From positions 98,521-162,520 of the forward strand of contig JBFWWP010000004.1 in NCBI GenBank assembly GCA_050246115.1: a DNA stretch of 64,000 nt. The letters run 5' to 3'. This DNA is from Planctomycetota bacterium (GTDB lineage: Bacteria; Planctomycetota; UBA8108; UBA1146; JAJFFE01). The position numbers and the translations under genes were made by a program. Every line of letters starts with the position of its first letter. The first letter of the stretch is position 1. A model generated the notes under the pieces. The model did no database searches. It had not been told where the DNA came from and was given only the letters and a program-made list of their open reading frames with translations. Shown here one piece after another: positions 54,622 to 63,956 of this stretch.

Positions 54622-55335
54622 ATGTTGGACACGCCCGAGCTCACCTTCTCGCTACTGCTTTGGCCCACGTTCTTGGTTTTCCTCAACGGCGCACTGATGA
54701 CCTTCGCCTACATCTGCTTCGAAACGCTGCGCGAAGACCCATGGTGGAAGCTCATCACGGTCGTCTACCTGTTGATGTGTCTCGGCGCGTACCTCCAACA
54801 GCTGCCCGACGGCGCGGTAAACAACCCCGTCACCTACTGGGCGTACATGGTCGCGTTCTCGGGGTCGCTCCCGGTGTTCCTCTACGTGAGCGTCGGTGCG
54901 ATCTCGGCTGCCTTGGCGCAGTTGTCGCTGGGTTATCCTGCGAAGGACCCACTCTACTCCCAACGTGCCCGTTGGCACCGCAAGCTCCGGCGCGCCTTGA
55001 GGCGTGGCGACCTACGACTCCTCGAGGCCAGGCTTGCCGACCTCGGCGACCGGCCGACGGACCCGGTACTCCGCAGCCAGTTGATCGACCTGTACCTGGG
55101 TCTCGGCGATGTCGATGGCGCCCTCTACCACGCCTACGCGTTGGTGGAACTGCTCCCGCGCGGCCACGCCCATGGCTATGCGCTCTATCGGTTGGCGCAG
55201 ATCTTGGTCGAGCAGCGCAAGCGCTTGGACGCCGCGCAGCCCTACCTGCGCCGCATCATCCGGTTGTATCCGCGTTCCTTCTTCGCGAGCTACGCCCGGC
55301 GTCTCGTGAATCAGTTCGAGGCCTACGCGGAGTAG
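54622..55335 (+). CDS. Membrane protein with a C-terminal TPR-like domain
   Basis: Three TM helices; ALYRLAQIL...RRIIRLYPRS; GAGGAG RBS. Confidence 0.75.
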   Translation: MLDTPELTFSLLLWPTFLVFLNGALMTFAYICFETLREDPWWKLITVVYLLMCLGAYLQQLPDGAVNNPVTYWAYMVAFSGSLPVFLYVSVGAISAALAQLSLGYPAKDPLYSQRARWHRKLRRALRRGDLRLLEARLADLGDRPTDPVLRSQLIDLYLGLGDVDGALYHAYALVELLPRGHAHGYALYRLAQILVEQRKRLDAAQPYLRRIIRLYPRSFFASYARRLVNQFEAYAE

Positions 55336-55344
55336 CCGCTGACC

Positions 55345-57399
55345 ATGGAAGCGGTGATCTCGGTCGCGTCGACCTGCGTCCTGCACCTGCCGCTGCTGCT
55401 CGCCTCGCGTCGATTCAACCGTTGCTTCTTCCCCGCCGAGTGTCGCGCTCAGGAATGGCTGCAGATCTTCTTCGTGGCCTGCGTCATCTGGCGCCTCGAG
55501 ACATTGCTCCTGCACGCGTGCGGGGCGGTCCATTGGCCGGCGGTGGTCGGCGCCCATGTCTTGATCTGCGCCGCGTGCAGGATCGCTACTTCGCGAACCG
55601 TCACTGCCCCTCCGGGCGCGGCCACACCGGCACCCCAGAGCGGTGGACCGACGACGTTCGTGGCTGCGGGCTGGATCGTGCTGCTGGCGGCTCTCGCCCT
55701 CCACCGCGTCGTCTTTCTCCCGGATCCTTACGACGCACTCACCTACCACCTCATGCTCCCGGTGCACTGGCTGCAGACGGGAAGCCTTCAACTCCTTGCG
55801 ACACCGTTCGGCGACGCCTCGCCTGGCTACACCCCGGAAGCGGTCGAGGGGTTCTTCCTCGCGCTGATGCTCCCCAGCGGACACGACTCCTTGGCACGCG
55901 TCGGTCAGTTGCCGCTGGTGCTCGCCGCCGCCTACTTGGTGTTCGACCTGACGCGACGTGAGCGTCGAGAGTCGCCGACTTGGGTGGCGGCAGTCGCCGC
56001 GAGCGCGTTCCTGCTGCTGCCGGATCTGCTGACTCAAGGAACGAACTCCATGGCCGACGTCGGTGCCGCGGCGTTCTTCCTCGGTGCTTGCCAACAGCTC
56101 ACACGTTACCGTGACGAAGGAAGCGCGGCGCGCGCAGTCCTCGGCGGCGCACTCGCAGGTCTCTTCGTCGCGAGTCGCTTCCCGGCCTTGCTCGCGTTCC
56201 CCCTCCTCGTAGCGCCATGGGTCGTGACGCTGCGCCGCAACAAGCGCCACGCGGCGCTGTTCCTCGCGTCGACCCTGGCGACCGGCGCATTTCCATACCT
56301 TCGCAACTGGATGCTCACCGGCAATCCGGTCTATCCGCTCGCCGTCGACTTCGTGGCCGGACTCGGGTTTCCTGGGCTCTTCACCCGCGACGCCATGACC
56401 CAGTCGATCTTCCACCTCGAAGGTCAAAAGCTGCTCGACTACTACCTCTACTACTTGCGCGCGGGCCTCGGATGGTGCGCCGCCGGAGTGATTGCGCCGC
56501 TCCTGTTGTACCGACGCCCAACGACGTTGGGGTACGCACTCGGCGGGGCAGTGCTCCTCTGCTTGCAGCTCTTCGTCATGCCCTTCAATGCCAATGGTCG
56601 GTTCATCTTCCCCGCCTGGGCCTGGCTGGTCATCGCGGCCGCGAGCGCGCTCGGCGCCTCCCGGGGTGGCCGCGTGATTTTGGCCATCGGCTGCGGTGCG
56701 CTCGCGTGCGACACCCTGTGGGTGTTCCCGCTCTGGGCCATGAGTCGCGGGCACACCCTCTCGTTGGTCGCCGCAGGAGTCTTCCTTCTGGGGCTCAACA
56801 CCGCCTGGCTCCTTGCGCGGCTGTCGCCCCGGGCCCGCGTCACGAGTTGGGCGACTGCCGCGACGCTCTGGCTCGTCGCCCTAGGGGTCGCCGGGGTGAA
56901 GCGTGAAGCACGACTCGATCGCATCTGGGCGCGAGATCATCGCTACGCCCCCTTTCGCGACGGCTGGCGCACGGTACGCATGGATCTCCCGGCATTGCTA
57001 GCAGCCGACGGCTCGGCTCGACCGCTGCGAATCGCCTATACCGGACTCAACCTGCCCTACCCGCTGACGGGCAGCGCTCTCGCGAACCACGTCACTACCG
57101 TTCCCCTCGACGGCGGCCCGTCCGGTCAGCTCCCCCACGAGCAACGGCTGCGCCTACCCGACTACGACCTCAACCGACACACCGTGGTACTGGCACTCGA
57201 CCGCATGCGACCGAACCGCGCTGCATGGCGTCAGGCCCTCACACGCGACGCGATCGACGTCCTCGCCGTCTACGTGCAACCGGGCCACGACGTTCCCATC
57301 GAGTATCGTTGGGCAACGGCGGACCCCGCGAGCTTCGAACCCATCGACACCGGCGCCGCCGAAGGACAGTTGCTGCTGTTTCGCGTGCGGGAGCCGTAG
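55345..57399 (+). CDS. Polytopic membrane protein, GT-C (PMT/ArnT-like) glycosyltransferase candidate
   Basis: DALTYHL; YLRNWMLTGNPVYP; RFIFP; many TM helices. Confidence 0.7.
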   Translation: MEAVISVASTCVLHLPLLLASRRFNRCFFPAECRAQEWLQIFFVACVIWRLETLLLHACGAVHWPAVVGAHVLICAACRIATSRTVTAPPGAATPAPQSGGPTTFVAAGWIVLLAALALHRVVFLPDPYDALTYHLMLPVHWLQTGSLQLLATPFGDASPGYTPEAVEGFFLALMLPSGHDSLARVGQLPLVLAAAYLVFDLTRRERRESPTWVAAVAASAFLLLPDLLTQGTNSMADVGAAAFFLGACQQLTRYRDEGSAARAVLGGALAGLFVASRFPALLAFPLLVAPWVVTLRRNKRHAALFLASTLATGAFPYLRNWMLTGNPVYPLAVDFVAGLGFPGLFTRDAMTQSIFHLEGQKLLDYYLYYLRAGLGWCAAGVIAPLLLYRRPTTLGYALGGAVLLCLQLFVMPFNANGRFIFPAWAWLVIAAASALGASRGGRVILAIGCGALACDTLWVFPLWAMSRGHTLSLVAAGVFLLGLNTAWLLARLSPRARVTSWATAATLWLVALGVAGVKREARLDRIWARDHRYAPFRDGWRTVRMDLPALLAADGSARPLRIAYTGLNLPYPLTGSALANHVTTVPLDGGPSGQLPHEQRLRLPDYDLNRHTVVLALDRMRPNRAAWRQALTRDAIDVLAVYVQPGHDVPIEYRWATADPASFEPIDTGAAEGQLLLFRVREP

Positions 57400-57414
57400 T
57401 CCGCGTCGTGCTAA

Positions 57415-57593
57415 GGAGTCGCCCAAGAGTAACTTCGACATCTTGCCGTCGATTTGGGTCAGATTCGGCCGATCCGGAAAGCTCGGAACCGGAGGCGTAG
57501 CCTTAGTTCCGGTGAGGATTTCGAGGTCTTCGGATCGGTCGAAGATGGCCCGGAGCGACGAGCAAGAGGGTGAAGTTATTCTTGGGCGACTCC
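57415..57593. mobile_element. 179-bp MITE-like element
   Basis: GGAGTCGCCCAAGAGTAACTTC...GAAGTTATTCTTGGGCGACTCC, flanked by TAA on both sides. Confidence 0.87.
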
Positions 57594-57659
57594 TAACCCA
57601 CTCGCGACCTCCCGCAGTCGTGTCCCGAACTCGGGCCCCGCTTGCTCGACGACTCAACA

Positions 57660-57696
57660 GAAAAAGGGTCGGACCCCTCGTGGGATCCGACCCTTC
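57660..57696 (-). terminator. Rho-independent terminator downstream of the His-rich gene
   Basis: Hairpin AAGGGTCGGA...TCCGACCCTT; the minus-strand transcript ends in a U-run. Confidence 0.75.
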
Positions 57697-57751
57697 GAAC
57701 ACTCGTACGCACTAGGGACTCATCGGTCCGAGCCCCTCACGCGCACACCCA

Positions 57752-60589
57752 CTACGGACACGGCGGGAAGCTGTTGCAACCCAGACCATCGTTGGTCGGA
57801 TCCGGTCCGCAGATCGGGAACGGCGCCGGCGGCGGAGCTCCGCCACTGAACAGGAACGCGAGGTTCCAGATCGCATCGGCGATGTTCAGATTGCCGTCGT
57901 CGTTCGAGTCGCACGCATCGTCGCACACCGGCGGAGCGGGCACGGTGCCACCGGGGAACAGGAACCCGAGCAATCGGATCCCGTCGGCGATGTCGACCAC
58001 GCCGTCCGCGTTGCAGTCGCCACGAATCAGAGCCTGCACGCCAACAACGGCTTGCGCGGCGGACAACGTGGGATCGTGCTGCGCGGACATGCCTGGATCG
58101 TGGAAACCCGACTGGACCGGGGTATGCACCGCGGAGTGGATCGGGTTGTGGGCCGCGGAGGCCATCGGATCGTGAACCACGGAGAACGACGGATCATGGA
58201 TCGCAGAGTCACCAGCGCTGTGCATGCTGGTCCAGAACGGATCGTGGATCGTCGAAGTCAGCGGCCCGTGCAGCGCACTCTCACCGGGGATGTGAACGCT
58301 CGAGACGCCCGGATTGTGGGTCGCGGACAAGCCCGGATCATGCTGCGCCGAGTTGAACGGCGAGTGTACCGACGACGTGAGCGGATCGTGGTTCGCGGAC
58401 AGCGCCGCGTCGTGGACCACCGACTGCGCGGGGTCGTGCTGCGCCGAAGCCGCCGGATCGTGCATGCCGGACCAGTGAGGATCGTGCACGGTCGAGGTCA
58501 GCGGATTGTGCAACACGCTGTTGGCTGCGTCGTGAACCGACGAGATCGCCGGGTCGTGCGTACCCGAGACCGTCGGGTCGTGCTGATTCGAATTGAACGG
58601 CGAGTGCACGACGCTGATGGACGGATCGTGCTGCGTCGACGTGGTCGCGTCGTGAACGTTGGAGCGGGCCGGGTCGTGAACGACCGACTGCGTGGGATCG
58701 TGCTGCATCGACCAGAACGGGTCGTGCGTGTTCGATCCCAGTGGGTCGTGCTGACCCGACAAGGTCGGCACGTGCACCGTCGAGACCGCCGGGTCGTGGA
58801 TGTCGGACGCCAACGGCCGGTGGACTCCGGACATCAGCGGCGCGTGCACACCGGACACCAACGGATCGTGGTGGTTCGAGTTGAACGGCGAGTGCACCGC
58901 ACTCACCACGGGTACGTGGACTTGCGACAGTCCCGGCTCGTGGATGTTGGTGGTCACCGGGTTGTGGAACTGCGACAACGAGGGGTCGTGTTGCGACGAC
59001 CAGAACGGGTCGTGCACCGCCGAGTTGAACGGGTTGTGGTTGCTGCTGATCCCCGGCTCGTGGATCGGCGAGATCGTCGGGTTGTGGAACGACGACACGC
59101 TCGGACTATGCGTCACCGACTGATCCGGAGCATGGAAGATCGAGTTCAGCACCGGGTGCGAGCCCGACACGAGCGGATCGTGCTGCGACGACAGGGTCGG
59201 AGCATGGAACGGCGACAGCGCCGGGTCGTGTTGGCTCGAGACGAACGGATCGTGTTGAGCCGACATGACCGGAGAGTGCACGGTCGACACTACGGGGTCG
59301 TGCTGCGCGGTCAGGGCCGGGTCGTGCACCGCCGACAAGTTGGGATTGTGCGTCGACGAATCCGCGGCGGTGTGCATGCCGGTCCAGTGAGGATCGTGGA
59401 CGAGCGAGGTCGATGCAATGTGCTGAGAGCTCGGCCCCGGCAAGTGGACGCCGGACACGAACGGGTCGTGGCCGGACCCCGACAAGTTGGGGTTGTGGGC
59501 CGAGAAGGTCGGGTCGTGGCCCGTGGCCGTCAGCATGGGATCGTGCAAGGGCGACAGCGTCGCGTCGTGCTGGCTGGTCACCACTGGGTCGTGGATCGGC
59601 GAGATCGACGGATCGTGCATCGAGGTCCACAACGGATCATGCAGCTGCGAGAACTCCGGCGGGTGAGCTTGGCTCATGCCGGGATCATGCAACGGCGACA
59701 AGCCCGGCACGTGCACCTGCGACACGAACGGCTCGTGCTGGTCGGAGCGAATCGGCGCGTGCATGACCGAAGTCAGCGGCTGGTGCGTGTTGGTCATGGT
59801 CGGATCGTGGACGATCGACTGAGCGGGGTCGTGGGTGCTGGAGATCGCCGTGTCGTGCATGGACGACCAGAACGGGTCGTGGATGTCCGACGTCAGCGGG
59901 TTGTGCAGGCTGCTGCTGGCCGGATCGTGGATCGAGGAGGTCACGGGATCGTGAGTGCCGGACGTCGCGGCGTCGTGCTGCGCCGAGACCATCGGTGCGT
60001 GTACCGATGAGTCGAACGGCTGGTGCACCATCGACTGGTTCGGGTTGTGCAGGATCGACGCCGCGGGTTCGTGGATCGCGGACTGGGCTGCCGTGTGCAT
60101 GCCGGTCCAGTGGGGATCGTGCACATCCGAGGTCAACGGGTTGTGGAGCGTGCTGCTGCCGGGGTCGTGCACGGCGGAGATCGCCGGATCGTGGCCGGTC
60201 GACACGCTCGGGTCGTGCTGCTGGGAGGTCAGCGGTGAGTGGACCGCAGAGTCCAGCGGCGCGTGAATCGGCGACAGGTCTGGATCGTGCAGAATCGACA
60301 CCGCCGGGTCGTGCAACGCCGAGTTCGTGGCCGTGTGCATGCCCGACCAAACCACGTCATGGATGGTCGACGTCAGGGGGTTGTGCAGGGCGCTCTCGCC
60401 CGGGATGTGGACGACCGAAAGCGCTGGGTCGTGCTGAACCGACATCGCCGGATCGTGCTGCGCCGAAGCGCCGGGGTCGTGCAACACCGACGCCACTGGG
60501 TCGTGCGTGGTTTGTGCAAACGAATGCGAGGGCACGCATGCGGCAAACGCGCATACGACTCCCGCGATCACGAGACACTTGCGAAGCAT
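57752..60589 (-). CDS. Secreted His-rich octapeptide-repeat protein with C-terminal dockerin-like domain
   Basis: AGGAGGAGG RBS; signal peptide ending SFA-Q; 102 H-x-P-x-x-S-x-x units (nt 58055-60505); LIRGDCNADG...CGPDPTNDGLGC. Confidence 0.9.
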   Translation of the reverse strand: MLRKCLVIAGVVCAFAACVPSHSFAQTTHDPVASVLHDPGASAQHDPAMSVQHDPALSVVHIPGESALHNPLTSTIHDVVWSGMHTATNSALHDPAVSILHDPDLSPIHAPLDSAVHSPLTSQQHDPSVSTGHDPAISAVHDPGSSTLHNPLTSDVHDPHWTGMHTAAQSAIHEPAASILHNPNQSMVHQPFDSSVHAPMVSAQHDAATSGTHDPVTSSIHDPASSSLHNPLTSDIHDPFWSSMHDTAISSTHDPAQSIVHDPTMTNTHQPLTSVMHAPIRSDQHEPFVSQVHVPGLSPLHDPGMSQAHPPEFSQLHDPLWTSMHDPSISPIHDPVVTSQHDATLSPLHDPMLTATGHDPTFSAHNPNLSGSGHDPFVSGVHLPGPSSQHIASTSLVHDPHWTGMHTAADSSTHNPNLSAVHDPALTAQHDPVVSTVHSPVMSAQHDPFVSSQHDPALSPFHAPTLSSQHDPLVSGSHPVLNSIFHAPDQSVTHSPSVSSFHNPTISPIHEPGISSNHNPFNSAVHDPFWSSQHDPSLSQFHNPVTTNIHEPGLSQVHVPVVSAVHSPFNSNHHDPLVSGVHAPLMSGVHRPLASDIHDPAVSTVHVPTLSGQHDPLGSNTHDPFWSMQHDPTQSVVHDPARSNVHDATTSTQHDPSISVVHSPFNSNQHDPTVSGTHDPAISSVHDAANSVLHNPLTSTVHDPHWSGMHDPAASAQHDPAQSVVHDAALSANHDPLTSSVHSPFNSAQHDPGLSATHNPGVSSVHIPGESALHGPLTSTIHDPFWTSMHSAGDSAIHDPSFSVVHDPMASAAHNPIHSAVHTPVQSGFHDPGMSAQHDPTLSAAQAVVGVQALIRGDCNADGVVDIADGIRLLGFLFPGGTVPAPPVCDDACDSNDDGNLNIADAIWNLAFLFSGGAPPPAPFPICGPDPTNDGLGCNSFPPCP

Positions 60590-60664
60590 GGAATACCTCC
60601 TCCTCTTTCCTCGTGAACCGCGGCGACGTCCGACAAGGACGAGCGCGCGAGGTCCACGCATCGG

Positions 60665-61960
60665 TTACTGTTCGCCATCCGCTCCGGGTGAAACCGGAGC
60701 ACTGTCTTCGGCGTCCGGCCGCGTTTCCGGGGCCTGACTCTTGGCCTCGTAGCGCGGAATCCCGCGACGCGAGACGTACTCGTAGAAGTCTTCGGCGGCC
60801 TGGGCACGGTCCAAGAAGGTCACGAGGTCGGACCGGGCCAAGTAGCTGTAGTAGCACGCGAGCGCCACACGCATCGGTCGCACTTGATCGGTGTAGTAAC
60901 CGAAGCGGTCGATTCGCCCGCGGAGCGATGGGGCGGCCCGCTGCATGTACTCGCTGATCTTCACCTCATCCGCGTAGTTGTCGGCCAGCTGATCGAACGG
61001 ACCATCATAGTAGTCGTTGCGGTTGGAATTCAGGCGGCGGATCGCCAGCAGCACCTTACGGTTGCCGTGAGCCGCGTCGAGCCAGAAGGCGAAACCGCTG
61101 CGCTGACCGATCAGCAGCTCCGGCCGCTCGGCATCGGGAACGAGGACGTCAGGAACCCCGGGCTCCTCGTTCAACACCCAGAAGAAGTACTCCTTCTTGT
61201 CGTGGAACAAGAGGAAGAACTGGTACCCGGATTCGTCGAAGGTGCGCTCGATGAAGACTTCGTCGGGGCCGAGTTCGAAGCGCTTCGGCGGCACTTGCGG
61301 CAGCGGGTACAAGTGAAAGATGACCTGCTTCCCCCGGTACTTGACGACCCAGTCCAACGGGGTGAGCGACTCGAGGGAGAGCCCTTCTTTCTGCGTGAAG
61401 AACTTCGAGTTGCTGAGGCCCGTCTTCGGTCCCCGCAGTTGCGGAAACTCCACGTACTCGAAGTAGCCGAACGAGACCTCGCCCTCGTCGCGCTTGCCGG
61501 CGGGAATACGAATGTTGCCCCAGATCTGACGGCCGCGAACGTTGAGGATGAAGTAGTAGTAGTTCTCGGACGGGTAGACGACGACCTCGTCGGGCAGGCG
61601 CGAGAAAACATGCCAGAACATCGCGTCCGCGTCGTAGAGGTTGAGCCCCTGGGTGTACAGCCCCTCGATGAAGCGTTGGTTGAGTAGCATGTAGGAGGTT
61701 GGCGATTCGGTGGGCGGCGTCGCGGATGGCGGCGCAGGAGCGGCCGCACCGGCATTCGGTGGAGGATCGGCCGAGAGGATGGCGGCTGGCGGAAGCACGC
61801 CACTCGGGGGCGCCATCGAAGTGCCCGGGCCCGCGCACCCCGATGCAACGGCAGCGGACGCGAGTACCGCGCACATCGCTGCCCGAAGTCCGGCGTGGGA
61901 AGTCGGGCGAGGCAGAAGCCAGGCTGGGAGTCGCATCGTAGGCACGAAGACACCGATCAT
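60665..61960 (-). CDS. Hypothetical lipoprotein, family unassigned
   Basis: GGGAGGT RBS; VASGC lipobox; Pro/Ala linker; aromatic-rich globular domain (YPSENYYYF, NDYYDGPFDQLADNY). Confidence 0.75.
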   Translation of the reverse strand: MIGVFVPTMRLPAWLLPRPTSHAGLRAAMCAVLASAAVASGCAGPGTSMAPPSGVLPPAAILSADPPPNAGAAAPAPPSATPPTESPTSYMLLNQRFIEGLYTQGLNLYDADAMFWHVFSRLPDEVVVYPSENYYYFILNVRGRQIWGNIRIPAGKRDEGEVSFGYFEYVEFPQLRGPKTGLSNSKFFTQKEGLSLESLTPLDWVVKYRGKQVIFHLYPLPQVPPKRFELGPDEVFIERTFDESGYQFFLLFHDKKEYFFWVLNEEPGVPDVLVPDAERPELLIGQRSGFAFWLDAAHGNRKVLLAIRRLNSNRNDYYDGPFDQLADNYADEVKISEYMQRAAPSLRGRIDRFGYYTDQVRPMRVALACYYSYLARSDLVTFLDRAQAAEDFYEYVSRRGIPRYEAKSQAPETRPDAEDSAPVSPGADGEQ

Positions 61961-62361
61961 GGATGGCCACCTCCCGCAAGCGTGAGTGAGCACGCCAACG
62001 GAGATGGGCGCCACACTCCCGTGTGTTCGAAACTCAACGTGGACTCGCATCGCCCAAATGCGAGAACTCAACTTCTAACTCGTCAAACAGTCGGGCGCAA
62101 CCGAAAAGTTTGTCGTCGCTGCCGCAGGGCGTAGCCCGTGTCGAGCAAGAAGCTGGCCGCTCGGACGGGCGAGTCTGTGCGGGGAAAGGGGGAGGCGGTT
62201 CTCGGAAACGCGAAGGTGTGCCGCGCAGCGCCGTTCCTCGGGGCACCGTGAACGGAGCAGAGCTCGGACCTTGGAGACCCGACTGCACGAGGCCAAAATC
62301 AACAGCGAATTCGCAAGCAACTCTAGTTCGCGCTTGGCGCTACGAGCGCAGCCTTGGCGAC

Positions 62362-63948
62362 TCAGGACGGCGGACTTGGCACCGCTCGCGCCCACGTCAC
62401 GCCCTCTTCTTGCTGAATCCGCTGCAGAGCGGCGGCGGAGGGCGCATCGTCGAGTTGGAAGACCGACAGGGCACTCCCCCCAGCGCGATCGCGGCCGAGG
62501 GAGAGATTCGCAATGTTGAGACCGAGTCCACCCAACACGCCGCCGACTCGGCCCATCATGCCCGGGCGGTCGTCGCTCCGCGTCAGGAGCAGGGGCCCTT
62601 CCAAGGAAGCGTCGAGCAGATACTCGTCCAAACGAACGAGTCGCAGCGAGTTGCGTCCGACGACCGCACCCTCCAAGCGGCGACTGCCGGAAGCGCCCTG
62701 AACCTCGAGGCCAACCCACCGAATCCAGTCGGTCTGTCGCGTCCGACAGCGGAACACGATGTCGAGACCGCGCTCGCGCGCAATCAAGCGCGCGTTCACC
62801 GTGTTCACCAGGACCTCTGCGGAAGGTTGCAGGAAGCCGGCAAGCGCGTGATCGGTCACCAACCGCTGAAGCAAGGCGATGTTGTCTTGGTCTTCGAGCT
62901 CGACCGTCAACGACCGCGGCGCCTCATCCAACGTATGCGCCAAGAGCCAGCCGAGCTGGCGTGCGAGCTGCGCGATCGGGCTGTACCGGGTCGCGTCGTC
63001 GCCCGCGAGGCTCGCCGCATTCACGGCGTTCTCGACGGTCCCGTGCAGGAGATATGCTGCCACCTGCCGTGCACTCGCCGTGGCAACTTGCTCTTGCGCC
63101 TCGACCGTCGAGGCCCCGAGGTGAGGAGTGACGATGATCCGCGGGTGCCCCAGGTAAGGCGAACTGGCCGGTAGCGGCTCTTGGGCGAACACGTCGAGCG
63201 CCGCCCCCCCCACCTGACCACTCGCGAGGGCCGCCAACAACCCGGACTCGTCGACGACCTCCCCGCGACTGCAGTTGACGATCCGGACACCGCGTTTGCA
63301 ACGTGCCAGATTCGCTTCCCCCATGAGCCCACGCGTACCGTCGGTCAGCGGCGTGTGCAGGGTGATGAAGTCGGCGTCCGGCAGCATGTCCTCGAAGGTG
63401 CGAGGCTCGGCTCCCAGCTGCTTGGCGGCGTCCGGCGACAGGAAGGGATCTACGGCGATGACGTTCATGTCGAGCCCCCGCGCCATTCGGGCCACGTGAG
63501 CTCCGACCCGCCCCATGCCGACGATGCCGACGGTCTTGCCCTTGACCTCGGTGCCCGTGAAGTCTTTGCGGTTCCACTTCCCATTGGACAACTGCGCGTG
63601 CGCGAACGGAATGTGGCGCGCCAGACTCATCATGAGCGCCACGGTCAGCTCGGCCGCCGCGCGTGCGTTCGACCCGGGCGTATTCATGACGACGACACCG
63701 TGCTTGGTGGCGGCTTGGAGGTCGACGTTGTCGACGCCGGCACCGGCACGGCAAACGCACCGCAGCTTCGTCGCGCGCTCCAGCAGATCGGCCGTCACTT
63801 GAGTACCGGACCGGACGATCCAACCGTGGATCGAAGGTACGACCTCCTCCAGTCGCTCACTCTGTTCGACGACTTCGAGGCCCGGTTCGGCCAGGAGGAT
63901 CTGACGGGCGTCCGGCGGCAACGGATCCGAAATGAGTACGCGATACAT
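62362..63948 (-). CDS. serA: D-3-phosphoglycerate dehydrogenase with C-terminal ACT domain
   Basis: RAGAGVDNVD; GIVGMGRVG; TLHTPLT; NCSRG; ALDVF; TPHLGASTVEAQ; DRPGMMG ACT. Confidence 0.95.
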   Translation of the reverse strand: MYRVLISDPLPPDARQILLAEPGLEVVEQSERLEEVVPSIHGWIVRSGTQVTADLLERATKLRCVCRAGAGVDNVDLQAATKHGVVVMNTPGSNARAAAELTVALMMSLARHIPFAHAQLSNGKWNRKDFTGTEVKGKTVGIVGMGRVGAHVARMARGLDMNVIAVDPFLSPDAAKQLGAEPRTFEDMLPDADFITLHTPLTDGTRGLMGEANLARCKRGVRIVNCSRGEVVDESGLLAALASGQVGGAALDVFAQEPLPASSPYLGHPRIIVTPHLGASTVEAQEQVATASARQVAAYLLHGTVENAVNAASLAGDDATRYSPIAQLARQLGWLLAHTLDEAPRSLTVELEDQDNIALLQRLVTDHALAGFLQPSAEVLVNTVNARLIARERGLDIVFRCRTRQTDWIRWVGLEVQGASGSRRLEGAVVGRNSLRLVRLDEYLLDASLEGPLLLTRSDDRPGMMGRVGGVLGGLGLNIANLSLGRDRAGGSALSVFQLDDAPSAAALQRIQQEEGVTWARAVPSPPS

Positions 63949-63956
63949 GCAGGCTG

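Noticed and set aside
58055-60505. 24-bp periodic GG[AG]TCGTG pattern resembling a CRISPR array or satellite
   Set aside because: The periodicity is the in-frame His-Asp-Pro codon pattern of the minus-strand gene. There is no constant 23-47-bp repeat with unique spacers and no cas gene.
57752-60589. Ice-nucleation protein or multiheme cytochrome assignment for the octapeptide protein
   Set aside because: It lacks the AGYGSTxT/TxT motifs of InaZ-type proteins and has no CxxCH motifs. Only the 8-residue periodicity is shared.
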